From: Cyanophora paradoxa CCMP329
Taxonomy: Eukaryota > Plantae > Glaucophyta
NCBI GenBank assembly: GCA_004431415.1
Contig: QPMI01000407.1
Span: 32,936 to 96,935, forward strand
Direction of reading: 5' to 3'
Length of the DNA: 64,000 nucleotides
The notes beneath the pieces were generated by a model. It saw only the letters and a program-made list of their open reading frames with translations. It was not told where the DNA came from and made no database searches. The position numbers and the translations under genes were made by a program. Below, piece by piece: positions 11,997 through 22,879 of the stretch. Position 1 is the stretch's first letter. Every line of letters begins with the position of its first letter.

Positions 11997-14015
11997 GTGG
12001 CCGGGGGCAATGTGGACGATGTCGCGGACGGAGCTTTTCACAGGAGGCGGGAGGACGTGCGGAAAACGGAATTCGTAGCACAGTCGCGAGGATACCAAGC
12101 TCGAGTTGCGGCACTCGAACGAGAGGTGGACACTGCGCGACTGGAACTGAAGCTCGACGATGCTGGGCTGGAACTAAAGCAACTGCACGACAGAAGAGCG
12201 GAGGAGCGTTTTGAGGAAGGTTCGACCGTCCTGCTATTTTTTGGGAATATTTTCTTATCTCCACTGCAAGAGAGGGAGCTGCTAGAGCAAACACGTCGCA
12301 TCAAATTGTCCATCGCCAAACTCCGTCAGTGCATACAGGAAGGTGGTGTTGGCCATGACTGTGCGTGTAAACTTGATCACCCGCGTTTCCAAGTTTGTGT
12401 CAGAGGGCACAGCAGACGTGGAGCGCCTTAAGTCCTGCATGGATGCTGCAGAATTCGAGCTCCTGGCTTTCCGAAATCGTCAACACTCGAGGTACGGCCT
12501 TGGCAACTTCAAACACACCGTATCCAAAGACGTGTACGGCAGATTGGATGCTCTGAATTCGGAGGAGAAGGAACTCTCTCGCGATTTGGCTGCATGTGTG
12601 AAGCGTTTCGAAGGATGGGTTCACGGCGCTCAAGATGCTGGAGGTCACAGTGCAAAGTTCGGGAAAGCGGACCAGACCGTTGATGGTCCGACCAAAGAGA
12701 TCGTCAGTGGGGATGAGCAGGATTCCGGAAGCCAGCGACAGCTTCCACCTGAAGTACTCGCATTCCAGGTCCGTGTTTTTTTGTAGAGCACCTGAGACTC
12801 GAATTGATAATCCGCAAGAAATTCCTGGATTCGAGAGGAGGGCACACAGGCGGCTGGGACCCACGTGATCATGCTGATTTTCTAAGGCTTTACTCCCGAC
12901 ACAGCAGTGCGCCAGAGGTGCTTGTAGAGCGCGCATCCAGGGAGATCATTGGACAGGTGACGACAGCCATCCAGGAGCACATCGAATGGTCCCTTGGCTC
13001 TCGCATTCACATTCGACTCTCCTTCCGACCCTTCGACAGGTACAAGCGATACTTGGAGCTTCAAATCAGACAGCGAGAAGCAATCCGGCTTTGGAAAGAA
13101 GGCAAGAAATCGAAGATCATAGCGGTCGTCGAGGACGCTGTACAGACAACCGATGCGTCATTCGAACGAAGAAGGAAGCAAGAGGCCGAAGAAGCACACC
13201 TTCGGGAGCGAGAGGAGAAGTTGCAGCGCCTTGCTGCCTGGAAGGCGAGCGAATTGTTTCTGCGTTCCAACCAATGATAGATTACAACTGCAGGCCCAAA
13301 AACGAAAGGAGGTGGAAGAAAAGTGCCAGAAGAAGATGCAACAGGACGAGGAGCACCGAAAACAGCTGACAACAGTCCAGAAACGACAGGCGTGAACTTT
13401 GTCTTCGTCTCATCGTTGAAACCTGACGAGGCACATTTCTCAGTCTGCATTGAAGGAACAAGTGACACAGTATCAGCGTGAAAAACAAGCAGCCAAACAG
13501 GCACGAAAAGAAGCAGAAGAAGCCGCAGAAGAAGCTGCAAAAGCTGCAGCAAGGGGTGTGCGGCGAGATCCAAGTGCTCTTTGGGAGCGGGTCCGAGCTT
13601 CTGATCTCAGATCTGCACTATGCTTTTGTTGATGCCATGCAGGACAAGCTTTTGGCACTCCGTAGGCAAGAGATTAAGCTCCAGGAGCTTTCGGCACAGG
13701 TGGAACGGTGTGAGAGGCAAGCCCGCATCCTAGCTCAAGTCCGTTCTCTGCATGTTAGGACCGGAATCTGTGTTTGACAGGACAAGCCGTGCAGGTGCCT
13801 GTTCCTTGCGTGGCCAGAGATTTCAATCGTCTTGTGGCCCCACAGAGAGTGAGCAGAACCGGACGACCCCTGTGCAAGCACGTGCTTTCGGGTTCCCGAA
13901 AGAGCCGCTGCTCCTCAATGCCGCTCAACGGTGCATATGTACGATGCATCTTTCGCCTTCGTGGCTTGACATTTGTCAATGCAGGGCGACGCCTTCGTGG
14001 CGGGCGGTTCTATGA
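11997..14015 (+). CDS. CCDC112-like coiled-coil protein, multi-exon (start uncertain)
   Basis: GGHTGGWDPRDHADFLRL, long K/E/R coiled coil, RDFNRLVAPT and terminal RATPSWR resemble the CCDC112 motifs GGxxGGWDxxDH, RDPxRLxxPT and RAIPxWR. Confidence 0.65.
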
Positions 14016-14104
14016 TCTGAGAGAGAGCTTCCCCCAAGGGCCCGGTGTTGGGTTCCAGCATGTGGCTTTTGCTACTGTGTGAGGAGCAGCCCACTGGCGA
14101 TTTC

Positions 14105-14174
14105 TGCATTTCAGATACACACACACGCTATCTGGGCTAGCCCTGTAGCTGTTCGGACTAGCAGTGTACGCTGA
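14105..14174 (+). repeat. ~70-bp dispersed hairpin element (copy 2)
   Basis: TGCATTTCAGATACAC..CTAGCCCTGTAGCTGTTCGGACTAGCAGTGTACGCTGA. Confidence 0.8.
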
Positions 14175-14269
14175 TTAGAAACAAATTAGCCAGCGAGGGG
14201 GGGGGGGGGGAGGGAGGGGGGGGGAGGGGGGGGGGAGGGGGGGGGGTGGGGGGGGGAGGGGGCGGGTAT

Positions 14270-14442
14270 ACCTGGAGGAATCGCGTGCAAGGCCTTTGCT
14301 TTGGTTTGTAGAACGGCGCGGCCGGCCGCTGCTCCTCCTCGGAATGAGCGAAGTAGCACTGACCGAAGTTGCAGTCGGGGGTGGAATGATGTCGGCAGCA
14401 GGCCATTTCTGCTGTCATGTTCGAAGCCCAATGGTGATCCAC
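14270..14442 (-). pseudogene. CCCH zinc-finger gene fragment (second copy ~19465-19690)
   Basis: CRHHSTPDCNFGQCYFAHS.EE.R followed by YKPKQRPCTRFLQ, then a GT donor and a poly-C intron. Confidence 0.45.
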
Positions 14443-14504
14443 TGAGGCCAGGCACAGCGGTTCAAGAACCGGGAAGAAAGTCCAGTGGAAAACCTCCGCA
14501 AGTA

Positions 14505-17500
14505 CCGTGAAAAAACTCGAAGGGACCTCGAAAGTACAAAGCGGGGTAGAGACGGCTTAGGTACCGAGTTACTTCCGGCACCGAAACCAGGATCGGCCAC
14601 CAAAACAGCGTCGGCCCGAAGTCTCGTTCAAGGCCGTAGCTAGGCGCTCCCGTTGCAGCAATGGACGCATATCGATCAATACAGGTGTCTCTGATGCCAA
14701 GCGCGCGCCCCCGAAGCGATTCAGGTGCACTCCGAGCGAACTGCGTCGTCCCACTCGTTTGACGCACTCCGAACAGCAGCCAGGTCGTCGGAGAGTACAG
14801 GCAGTCCGAATGTGGGCTAATGGCTGTCCAGCAGCGCAGGCAGGTGCTGTTTTTCAAAGTTGTCGCTAACGGTCACATTGCACTGAGCCAATTCCGGCCG
14901 CAGGCAAGCGCTCCTGCTGGCTGAAACGCATCTAATGACACTGTACAGTAGGCCAGAGTGCTGCGCCGCTGCCGCCACTGCCGATTGGGTGTGGTGCTGT
15001 CGCCGCCGCCGCCGCCCCACTTTTTTAACGAAGCGCAGATCATGCAGACCAGCCGACATGCAAGCCGTGTCGTCGGTAGAAGCAGATTCTGTCTTCTTGG
15101 CCGCCCGCCTTCATGGTCCGCCGCCCGCTTGCATGCTCTCGACCGTCCGACTGACGCACGGCCTGCACCGATTGCAGCTCGCAGGGCTGGCGGCGGCATG
15201 CTATAGCAGAGCTTTCTGAGCGGTGCAGCAATGCCGCGGTCCGTTCGGTTTCCTTTTTCCGGTTGTCCGCTCTGTCTCCGCCTGCTGACTATGATCGTAC
15301 GCAGCCAGACGGTGCTGTGCCAGTGCTGTTCTAGATCTGATGATTTAGAAGCGGTTGTGCTGTTTCGGCGGAGCTGCTGCATCGACGAGCAGCCCGGCCG
15401 CCTCGCTCCGCCGGCCGGCCGGCCGGTGCTTCTCGAACCCTGCCGCTTCTAGCTGCTGCTTGCCTCGCATTGCTAGCGCTAGATAGCGTGGCTTTCAATA
15501 TCACTGGAGCGCAACTACCGCAGCCAGGCCGCTCTAGATCTGCTGCCGTCTGGCAGGTCGCGTCCTACTTCAAAACGCCGCTTTCTTTCTGTGTGGGCGC
15601 TATTCGGCCAAGCCTAGGATTCTGTGATTTGTTCATGTTTAAGCGAAGAACACACTCTCACATGTACATCCAGTCTCAGCTCGCAGCTTGGGGCTTGGTT
15701 TGGTCTGCATCCTGGCACGCGTACGCGTACTGCAGCAGATCTGAGCATGCATATGAGCATATTATAGCTTGCCCGAGCCTTGGAGCACGCGGCGCCGCGC
15801 CCAGCAAGCCGAGGAAGCTGGTCCGCGGGGCCGGCACCCCGTCCACTGCGCACGCCGTCATTCAATGCCTGGTCCGTTGCGAGCCCCCCGAGGGCTTGCA
15901 TTGAAGAGAGAACTCACTTTGACACCGCGCGAACGCTCCGGGGATGAGCTCCGCGACGTTTCCGCGACGTGCTGATCCAGTGACTCATGATCAGCTGCAG
16001 TGACATGAGGTGCGGGGTAAGCGAGTTCGCGACGTGGAAGCTGCAGGCGAGCCGCTGAGCTGTATATGGCCGGGCCTTATTTAACTTAGTAATGTTATCA
16101 TGCTTAGTTATAGCTGCCGCCACACTCAGTGACTTGCCAAGTTGCCAACTTCTTGACCTTCTTCCATTCTGAAATGACGGGTCAGTTTCCTGCAAGTCAG
16201 ATAGGCTGTTTTGAAATATTTTGACTCAGTGATGCGGTTTTTTGGCAAGTCTTCGGAGGCGGCGCGCGCGCTTCCGCCGGCTGCTTCTATGCATTATATG
16301 CCGTAACTGATGTATTTTGGAGCTTTATAGGCTGCCGGGGCCGCGCGCGACCCTCGGCCTCCTGGCATTGGCACTGTCACTGAGCCTGGGAGCAGGAACG
16401 GTTTTCAGAGCCAAACGTTAACGCGGACATGCGGCGCGTGCGCTTCACATACATCTTCATTGCACTTTAACAAAACTCTAAAAGCCCTAAGAGTGTCCCT
16501 CGCCGCGCCCGGCCGCGCCTCCGCCGCCCCGGCCGCCAGTGCCCCACGCCGCTGGGCGGCCGCCCCGTGACACCCCAGGGCCCCGCGACGCTCCGCGCCG
16601 CCCCATGCCGTCGGGCGGCCGCCAGCGCCGCCCTGTGCCGCCCCGCGCTGCCTGTGCGGCCGCCCCGCGACGCCCCAGGGCCGGGCCCCGCGCCGCTCCG
16701 AGCCGCCCCACGCCGTCGGGCAGCCGCCAGCGCCGCCCTGCGCCGCCCCGCGCTGCCTGTGCGGCCGCCCCGCGACGCCCCAGGGCCGGGCCCCGCGCCG
16801 CTCCGCGCCGCCCCATGCCGTCGGGCGGCCGCCAGCGCCGCCCTGTGCCGCCCCGCGCTGCCTGTGCGGCCGCCCCGCGACGCCCCAGGGCCGGGCCCCG
16901 CGCCGCTCCGAGCCGCCCCACGCCGTCGGGCGGCCGCCAGCGCCGCCCTGCGCCGCCCCGCGCTGCCTGTGCGGCCGCCCCGCGACGCCCCAGGGCCGGG
17001 CCCCGCGCCGCTCCGAGCCGCCCCACGCCGTCGGGCGGCCGCCAGCGCCGCCCTGCGCCGCCCCGCGCTGCCTGTGCGGCCGCCCCGCGACGCCCCAGGG
17101 CCAGGCCCCGCGCCGCTCCGCGCCGCCCCACGCCGTCGGGCGGCCGCCAGCGCCGCCCTGCGCCGCCTGCGCCGCGACCTGCGCCGCCGAGATGGCATCA
17201 GAGGTGGCATAAACGACGCGGCGGGACAGGGCGAGGCGAGGCATCACGCCTCCGGCCGCGGCACCCTGCACGGTCATCAGTGCGCAGTGCAAAGGACATC
17301 CAGGTTGTGCCATCTAGGTGTGGACAGAATGCGATTGCCGGAAGCCGGCCGCCCGGCGCCTCACGCCCGGCATCCAGATAGAAGTGTTCTTGTATGTCCT
17401 CTTGCATGACTGGTCATCCTATGGACAGCTGCTGCGGCGCGGGGGTTAGCGCGATGCGGGCGCGCGGCGGTGAGCACGAGGCGGGGCATGCGGCATCTGC

Positions 17501-18142
17501 GAATGAGCGAACTGACCTGTCGCTAAACGTCCATCACCTCCAGCCGCTGTGAACGAGACGAACGAGGGCGAGGGCGCCCCCGGTTCCGCGCGCTCCTCGC
17601 TCTTCTGGCGCGTTGCTCCGCTTGCCAAGTTGCTGCAGGCTGCTGAAATATAGTGCTACGATAGTACGGCTTGGCGCCTCGCCGATCGCGGCGGCGGCCG
17701 CGGGCCTCGCCCGCGCCCGGCGGCCGGCCGCGGCCCGCCGCGCCCGCTGCGGCAGCTCCGCTAAGTCCAGTTTTTTCGAATTCCCGGGTTCGCGATCGCG
17801 TCGCGAGCAAATTTGACTGGCTGGCCGTCGCGATCGATAACACAGATTCGGGCGCCATAACACAGTCTTAGAGAGATTGAGACGCTCTTCCCGATGGTGC
17901 TAAGCTCGATGACGCCGCAGCTCAGGGCGAAGAGCGGCAGCTCGCCGAAGGATTCCTAGTATTCGCTACGGCGATTTGTCCCCGGGGTCCAACTTGGGGG
18001 ATTGGACTTGGGATACGTGATTTGTTTTTCCAATTTTTTCGACTCGGCTTTGACGTCAATTTGACGGTTCGACGGCAGCTCGGAGGTTTTTAGCTCCTAG
18101 ACCCGGCTCTTAGCGGTAAGTGCGACTGGAGTTTTTTCACGG
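14505..18142. mobile_element. non-autonomous TIR element with CCGT termini (Tc1/mariner-pogo-like)
   Basis: Perfect 14-bp TIR CCGTGAAAAAACTC (14505-14518) / GAGTTTTTTCACGG (18129-18142). TA on the left only. No transposase ORF recognised. Confidence 0.6.
16570..17165 (+). repeat. GC-rich minisatellite, 105-bp unit x~5.7
   Basis: 35-aa periodicity in all six translated frames. Confidence 0.92.
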
Positions 18143-19645
18143 ACGACAGCCATCCAGGAGCACATCGAATGGTCCCTTGGCTCTCGCATTCACATTCGAC
18201 TCTCCTTCCGACCCTTCGACAGGTACAAGCGATACTTGGAGCTTCAAATCAGACAGCGAGAAGCAATCCGGCTTTGGAAAGAAGGCAAGAAATCGAAGAT
18301 CATAGCGGTCGTCGAGGACGCTGTACAGACAACCGATGCGTCATTCGAACGAAGAAGGAAGCAAGAGGCCGAAGAAGCACACCTTCGGGAGCGAGAGGAG
18401 AAGTTGCAGCGCCTTGCTGCCTGGAAGGCGAGCGAATTGTTTCTGCGTTCCAACCAATGATAGATTACAACTGCAGGCCCAAAAACGAAAGGAGGTGGAA
18501 GAAAAGTGCCAGAAGAAGATGCAACAGGACGAGGAGCACCGAAAACAGCTGACAACAGTCCAGAAACGACAGGCGTGAACTTTGTCTTCGTCTCATCGTT
18601 GAAACCTGACGAGGCACATTTCTCAGTCTGCATTGAAGGAACAAGTGACACAGTATCAGCGTGAAAAACAAGCAGCCAAACAGGCACGAAAAGAAGCAGA
18701 AGAAGCCGCAGAAGAAGCTGCAAAAGCTGCAGCAAGGGGTGTGCGGCGAGATCCAAGTGCTCTTTGGGAGCGGGTCCGAGCTTCTGATCTCAGATCTGCA
18801 CTATGCTTTTGTTGATGCCATGCAGGACAAGCTTTTGGCACTCCGTAGGCAAGAGATTAAGCTCCAGGAGCTTTCGGCACAGGTGGAACGGTGTGAGAGG
18901 CAAGCCCGCATCCTAGCTCAAGTCCGTTCTCTGCATGTTAGGACCGGAATCTGTGTTTGACAGGACAAGCCGTGCAGGTGCCTGTTCCTTGCGTGGCCAG
19001 AGATTTCAATCGTCTTGTGGCCCCCACAGAGAGTGAGCAGAACCGGACGACCCCTGTGCAAGCACGTGCTTTCGGGTTCCCGAAAGAGCCGCTGCTCCTC
19101 AATGCCGCTCAACGGTGCATATGTACGATGCATCTTTCGCCTTCGTGGCTTGACATTTGTCAATGCAGGGCGACGCCTTCGTGGCGGGCGGTTCTATGAT
19201 CTGAGAGAGAGCTTCCCCCCAAGGGCCCGGTGTTGGGTTCCAGCATGTGGCTTTTGCTACTGTGTGAGGAGCAGCCCACTGGCGATTTCTGCATTTCAGA
19301 TACACACACACGCTATCTGGGCTAGCCCTGTAGCTGTTCGGACTAGCAGTGTACGCTGATTAGAAACAAATTAGCCAGCGAGGGGGGGGGGAGGGAGGGG
19401 GGGGGAGGGGGGGTGGGGGGGGGGAGGGGGGGGGGTGGGGGGGGGGGGAGGGGGCGGGTATATCTGGAGGAATCGCGTGCAAGGCCTTTGCTTTGGTTTG
19501 TAGAACGGCGCGGCCGGCCGCTGCTCCTCCTCGGAATGAGCGAAGTAGCACTGACCGAAGTTGCAGTCGGGGGTGGAATGATGTCGGCAGCAGGCCATTT
19601 CTGCTGTCATGTTCGAAGCCCAATGGTGATCCACTGAGGCCAGGC
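18142..19645 (+). repeat. 1.5-kb direct duplication, copy B (3' exons of CCDC112-like gene + CCCH fragment)
   Basis: Near-identical to 12959-14453; starts exactly at the right TIR. Confidence 0.95.
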
Positions 19646-22600
19646 GGCCCCGACAAGCACGTAGCACGTGCACTGAATTTCGAAGCACTGGTCATGATGG
19701 TCGGGTCCGAATTCGATGCTGCAGCTGGTTCGCAGTCCGAGTAAAGTGCACTGCGGCAATTGCAAGCCGCTAATCGATTCATTGGCTCGACAGCAATGTA
19801 ATGGATTGAACACATATAAGTTATTGTAATTCATAACAGGAGTAGTGTAAACATACTTTCCTGCTTTTATTTTTCCATTAAAATATGAATTGAGTTGACT
19901 GGTAAGATCTGCTTCTGTAATGCATCTACTAATAGTCGAGCTATCTGTGGGGTTCATAGCATAAAAGTTTCTTGCATAAGCATTTCCACGAACAAGTAAG
20001 GTTTTATCAAAGTAATTTTGCGAATTGTGGAAAAACCATGTTTCTTCAAACATAGGTCCTGCTGGCTCTACAATCTGACCCGATCCTACATACATTGTGT
20101 TGTTGGCTCTAATTGTGGTTGCTGTGAAGGGATCAAGAGTTGGTCTATTGGTCAAATCATTGTAGTTGCCCGAGAAAATCGCTGGTTTGTTATAAATATC
20201 TGTATTCCAATCATGAGTGTGTGCAAAATCTGTTATCTCTGCCTTTGTGTGATTGTGAGCAAAATCTGTAATCTCTGCCTTTGTGTGATTGTGAGCAAAA
20301 TCTGTAATTTCACTCTTCACATGAGTGTGTGCAAAATCTGTAATCTGTGACTTTGTGTGAGTATGTGCGAAATCTGTGATTTCAGATTTAAAATGAGTGT
20401 GAGCAAAATTCGTAATATCTGCTCTGGTGTGGGTGTGAGCAAAATCTGTAATTTGTGATTTTGTATGAGTGTGTGCAAAATCTGTGATTTCTGCCTTTGT
20501 GTGGGTGTGTGATCTATTATTCAGATCGAGAAAACTACCTGAGTATGCAACAGGGTGTAAATTGGATGGGGTGGGTTTATTGATGAGATCATTATAATCT
20601 CCTGTGAAAGAGATTATTTTCAGTTCACCCCGTCCAACATAATCGGAAGGGAGATCGATTTTAATGGGCATAATAGCAGGATCAATAGGAATCTCGTACT
20701 CAGCTCCTGGGTGAACCACAGGAAAGACTTGATCACTTTCAGTGTGAACAAAAAAGTTGTCAGCAGTCACTGTTCCATCGATAGTTCCACCTGTCAGGGG
20801 AAGATAATTGCCTGTCACAGCGAGACCAGCAATAACTAAGGCGAGTTCTGTTTCATCTACATAGTTTTGGGCTTGAAGGTAATCCTCTGTAACCACTCTG
20901 GATATAGTCTCGTTGTGAATGTTTTTTGCTGCTGCCCTCTGATTAATTTCTAAAACACCCTCGCCAACGCCACCATTATAGTTGGTTTTTATCCATGCTA
21001 TTTCACATTTCTTATAATCATCTCGGTTTCCAATTAAAGCATCTGGTAAAAGACGTTCTCGGCTGAAAACTAATTTCGGTCTTGATGAATCTAAATCGCT
21101 AACATCTGTTACGTTGATCTGGATTGCAGAATGAAAATCAGCATGAGCAAGAGGATCTAATGGAAGAGAAGGCAAAGGAGGGAGAACAGATGTCATTTCG
21201 ATGTCAGAGGCGTAGTAGTTTGTAACATAAATACTGGGAAATGTGTCCTGCAAGCCGATATTTCCACCTGCAGCAACTATCTCCATTTCGCGGGGAATCC
21301 GTACAAACAAAGAGCCTGACATGTCAGTGTTGGCACGAATTCCCTGCCTGTGGACATAGTGTTCATTCAAATATAACCTTTCAGGGGTGTTGATTGATTT
21401 GTAGAGAGAGACAGCTAGTGTGACAGGAAGCTCTGACTTTGCGAACTCGGGTTGCTCATCGATCTCACTCCAAACATGTCTGTGATCCTCAGGTGGAAAT
21501 TCAAGCGGTATATTATCAAGATCACCCCAGTCGTGTCTATGATCCTCTGGTGGAAATTTAAGCGGTCTATTGTCGATATCGCCCCAATCGTGTCTGTGAT
21601 CCTCAGGTGGAAATCTATCTGGTTTATTATCTATTTCATCCCAATCATGCCTGTGTTCCTCTGGTGGAAAATTCTCAGGTTTGTTGTTAATAGATTCCCA
21701 GTCCACTGTGAACTCCAAGGGGAAGAAAACAGGATCAAAGCCATCTGGAAGCAGCTGCTCATGCGGAATCACAGGCTGCTCGTATTCAATTTCTTGAACG
21801 TCTAATCCGTCGGGAATTAATTGCTCCTCCGGCTCTGTGTACATTTCTAGCGGGAAAACTTCGATATCAGGTGACAGGTACTCTTCGTGCGGATGCTTAT
21901 AGGGTTCTATCACTGGGCGATTCCTGACAGCCTCCCACGAAATAATATTTTGCCCGAATGGAACTGTTTCATCAGCAACTCGCTCTCGACCTGGTCCGTC
22001 CGGGGTTGGCGGCTTTGGTAGCCCTGGAAGAGGTGGTATAGGTGGTATAGGGACAATAGGTCCGAAGTAGTAGTTGAAAATGTTGATCACCTCCTCTTCA
22101 GTGCTAACCTTCTTACCATCTTGGTAAATATTTGTTCCATGAATATTTCGCCACTGCCTGGTGCGGAGCCCTAGATCGTAACTGTCATGCAACGCCGGGA
22201 GCAGGTGCCTGTCAGCCTCAATCAAGATAGAGCCAAAGGTGCATCCAGGAATATCTAACCTGGTGGCTGGCTCGGTATCGATTTGATTTACATCAAAACC
22301 GTATAAAATATTTGCTTCTCGTGCAGCTGTAAAAAGTAAATCCCAGGGAAACGGCTGGATTTGTGATGCTAGCACTGATATTCCTGCAGGCGCAGCGTCG
22401 CTGCTTGTCTGCGACTCTTCGCCAAGGAGAATTCGCCCTGTAATGTGAGCCGCAGTCTTGTTTGTGACAGCATTGGATTCATCAATTAGACGTAGAGCTG
22501 ATGTGTGGACCCCTCTATCATTTTGGAGCCTAAAGATTAATCTACCAGAATCATACTTGGAAACTGTGCCTGAGGAGGCAATTCGCAGGTGCCGCGGCAA

Positions 22601-22855
22601 CGCCCTGGATCCGATTATTTCAGCAACATAATTCTCAGCTGGACCCAGACAAAATCTCTGTGCAATATCCGGGGCGCCAACATGTGAGTTGCGCAGAATT
22701 AATGCAGCTGGACGATTAAACTCGGTCCTGTGGATGTCACGATCAGCATTGTAGTCTGCCAAGATGCTTCCAAATACGCGAATATTTATATGCCGATCAT
22801 CCACGAGATCTGGAGCTTTACGAAGTGGCACTGGCTTCTTCAAGATGTAGGACAT
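19607..22855 (-). CDS. viral fibre/spike-like protein with phage tail-fibre repeats (last ~60 codons run into host DNA)
   Basis: YDLGLRTRQWRNIH; 4x FPPEDHRHDW.. (19 aa); YLPLTGGTIDG; F(T/S)GxYNDLxNxP; 8x HTHTKxEITDFA (12 aa). Homologous to 61877-64000. Confidence 0.75.
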   Translation of the reverse strand: MSYILKKPVPLRKAPDLVDDRHINIRVFGSILADYNADRDIHRTEFNRPAALILRNSHVGAPDIAQRFCLGPAENYVAEIIGSRALPRHLRIASSGTVSKYDSGRLIFRLQNDRGVHTSALRLIDESNAVTNKTAAHITGRILLGEESQTSSDAAPAGISVLASQIQPFPWDLLFTAAREANILYGFDVNQIDTEPATRLDIPGCTFGSILIEADRHLLPALHDSYDLGLRTRQWRNIHGTNIYQDGKKVSTEEEVINIFNYYFGPIVPIPPIPPLPGLPKPPTPDGPGRERVADETVPFGQNIISWEAVRNRPVIEPYKHPHEEYLSPDIEVFPLEMYTEPEEQLIPDGLDVQEIEYEQPVIPHEQLLPDGFDPVFFPLEFTVDWESINNKPENFPPEEHRHDWDEIDNKPDRFPPEDHRHDWGDIDNRPLKFPPEDHRHDWGDLDNIPLEFPPEDHRHVWSEIDEQPEFAKSELPVTLAVSLYKSINTPERLYLNEHYVHRQGIRANTDMSGSLFVRIPREMEIVAAGGNIGLQDTFPSIYVTNYYASDIEMTSVLPPLPSLPLDPLAHADFHSAIQINVTDVSDLDSSRPKLVFSRERLLPDALIGNRDDYKKCEIAWIKTNYNGGVGEGVLEINQRAAAKNIHNETISRVVTEDYLQAQNYVDETELALVIAGLAVTGNYLPLTGGTIDGTVTADNFFVHTESDQVFPVVHPGAEYEIPIDPAIMPIKIDLPSDYVGRGELKIISFTGDYNDLINKPTPSNLHPVAYSGSFLDLNNRSHTHTKAEITDFAHTHTKSQITDFAHTHTRADITNFAHTHFKSEITDFAHTHTKSQITDFAHTHVKSEITDFAHNHTKAEITDFAHNHTKAEITDFAHTHDWNTDIYNKPAIFSGNYNDLTNRPTLDPFTATTIRANNTMYVGSGQIVEPAGPMFEETWFFHNSQNYFDKTLLVRGNAYARNFYAMNPTDSSTISRCITEADLTSQLNSYFNGKIKAGKYVYTTPVMNYNNLYVFNPLHCCRANESISGLQLPQCTLLGLRTSCSIEFGPDHHDQCFEIQCTCYVLVGAAWPQWITIGLRT

Positions 22856-22879
22856 TTTTATATAAGCCCCCTTTTAAAA

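Larger units (their letters stand above)
12959..14453 (+). repeat. 1.5-kb direct duplication, copy A
   Basis: Near-identical to 18142-19645; identical ORFs at offset 5183. Confidence 0.95.

Noticed and set aside
14453-14504. CACAGCGG start suggesting a Transib/Chapaev-like terminus
   Set aside because: No convincing matching end; CCGCTGTG at ~17544 is only an 8-bp match.
16405-17409. Six overlapping repeat ORFs
   Set aside because: Translation of a 105-bp GC minisatellite that is open in all frames.
20210-20515. 36-bp periodic array resembling a CRISPR
   Set aside because: No unique spacers; the variation is codon-like within the fibre ORF; no cas genes.
22730-22879. 50-aa N-terminal extension of patatin in the ORF track
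   Set aside because: It overlaps the fibre gene start, and the element-2 homologue begins at the equivalent of 22880.
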